In this document: positions 6,986 through 7,469 of the stretch, piece by piece | How positions within the stretch are numbered: the stretch's first letter is position 1 | Layout: each line of letters opens with the position of its first letter | NCBI RefSeq assembly: GCF_006345805.1 | Contig: NW_021828826.1 | Span: forward strand, 1-7,469 | DNA: 7,469 nucleotides | DNA from: Octopus sinensis | Taxonomy: Eukaryota | Direction of reading: 5' to 3' | Position numbers and translations under genes: made by a program | Notes under the pieces: model-generated | The model's input: the letters and a program-made list of their open reading frames with translations, nothing else | What the model was told of the DNA's origin: nothing | Databases searched by the model: none

Positions 6986-7304
6986 AAAAAGAGTGAGAGT
7001 TATGGCGAGAGTGGGAGTCAGAGAGGAGGCAAAGAAAAGAAGAATGTGACGAAACGGCGAGTGCAGCTTCGAAAAGTTTCGAAACGGTGGAATATGGAAT
7101 ATTTCCGGAATTTAATAATAGCCATTGAGAGTGGACTCAACCATAAAGCAGAGTATATAGTTACGCTTGTCTAGTCCTGTTGAATAAAATTTCGGCTCCT
7201 GCCAAGAGAGAAAGGATTTCGTTTATTCTGAACCATACGTATAGAAAGCTATATGTGAGTATGTCTGATACTTTGTGTGTATGTGCGGAATGTATAAATG
7301 CATG

Positions 7305-7428
7305 TATATATATATATATATACATAATATATATATATATATATATATACATTATATATATATATATATATATATACATATATATATTATATATATATTA
7401 TATATAGATATATATATATATATACATA

Positions 7429-7469
<41 letters not shown>
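7305..7469. repeat. (TA)n microsatellite running off the window end
   Basis: Direct reading. Confidence 0.98.

Noticed and set aside
7051-7240. Short palindromes (ttcgaa x2, ttccggaa) and a 7-bp gaataaa/tttattc inverted repeat
   Set aside because: Short and expected by chance; no coherent structure.
6603-7407. ORFs with LSIY/HT/YI repeats
   Set aside because: Microsatellite translations.
1-7469. CRISPR array or prokaryotic operon
   Set aside because: No regularly spaced repeat-spacer array and no gene-dense coding DNA; the window is eukaryotic repeat-rich sequence.

Overview
Eukaryotic, AT-rich non-coding DNA (intergenic or intronic) packed with microsatellites and retroelement fragments. 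The SINE/LINE/microsatellite style strongly resembles coleoid cephalopod (octopus-like) genomes; this is inferred from recalled repeat families, not from a search. No intact protein-coding gene is supported, and nearly all ORF-track entries are simple-repeat translations. Recognisable content: a Penelope-like terminal fragment with a degenerate minimal hammerhead ribozyme (minus strand, 18-64), two 5'-truncated 3' ends of related RLE-type (R4/Dong-like) LINEs each followed by (ACAT)n, a probable RTE-related non-autonomous element, four to five tRNA-derived SINE copies (including a head-to-head fused pair) plus a headless SINE fragment, and many compound microsatellites. Not explained by these features: a 213-bp fold-back with 33-bp arms (752-964), a CpG-rich unit with A/B boxes (1205-1484), and a gapless 148-bp, ~69%-identical duplication (5004-5151 / 5843-5990) with conserved palindromes flanking the SINE pair.
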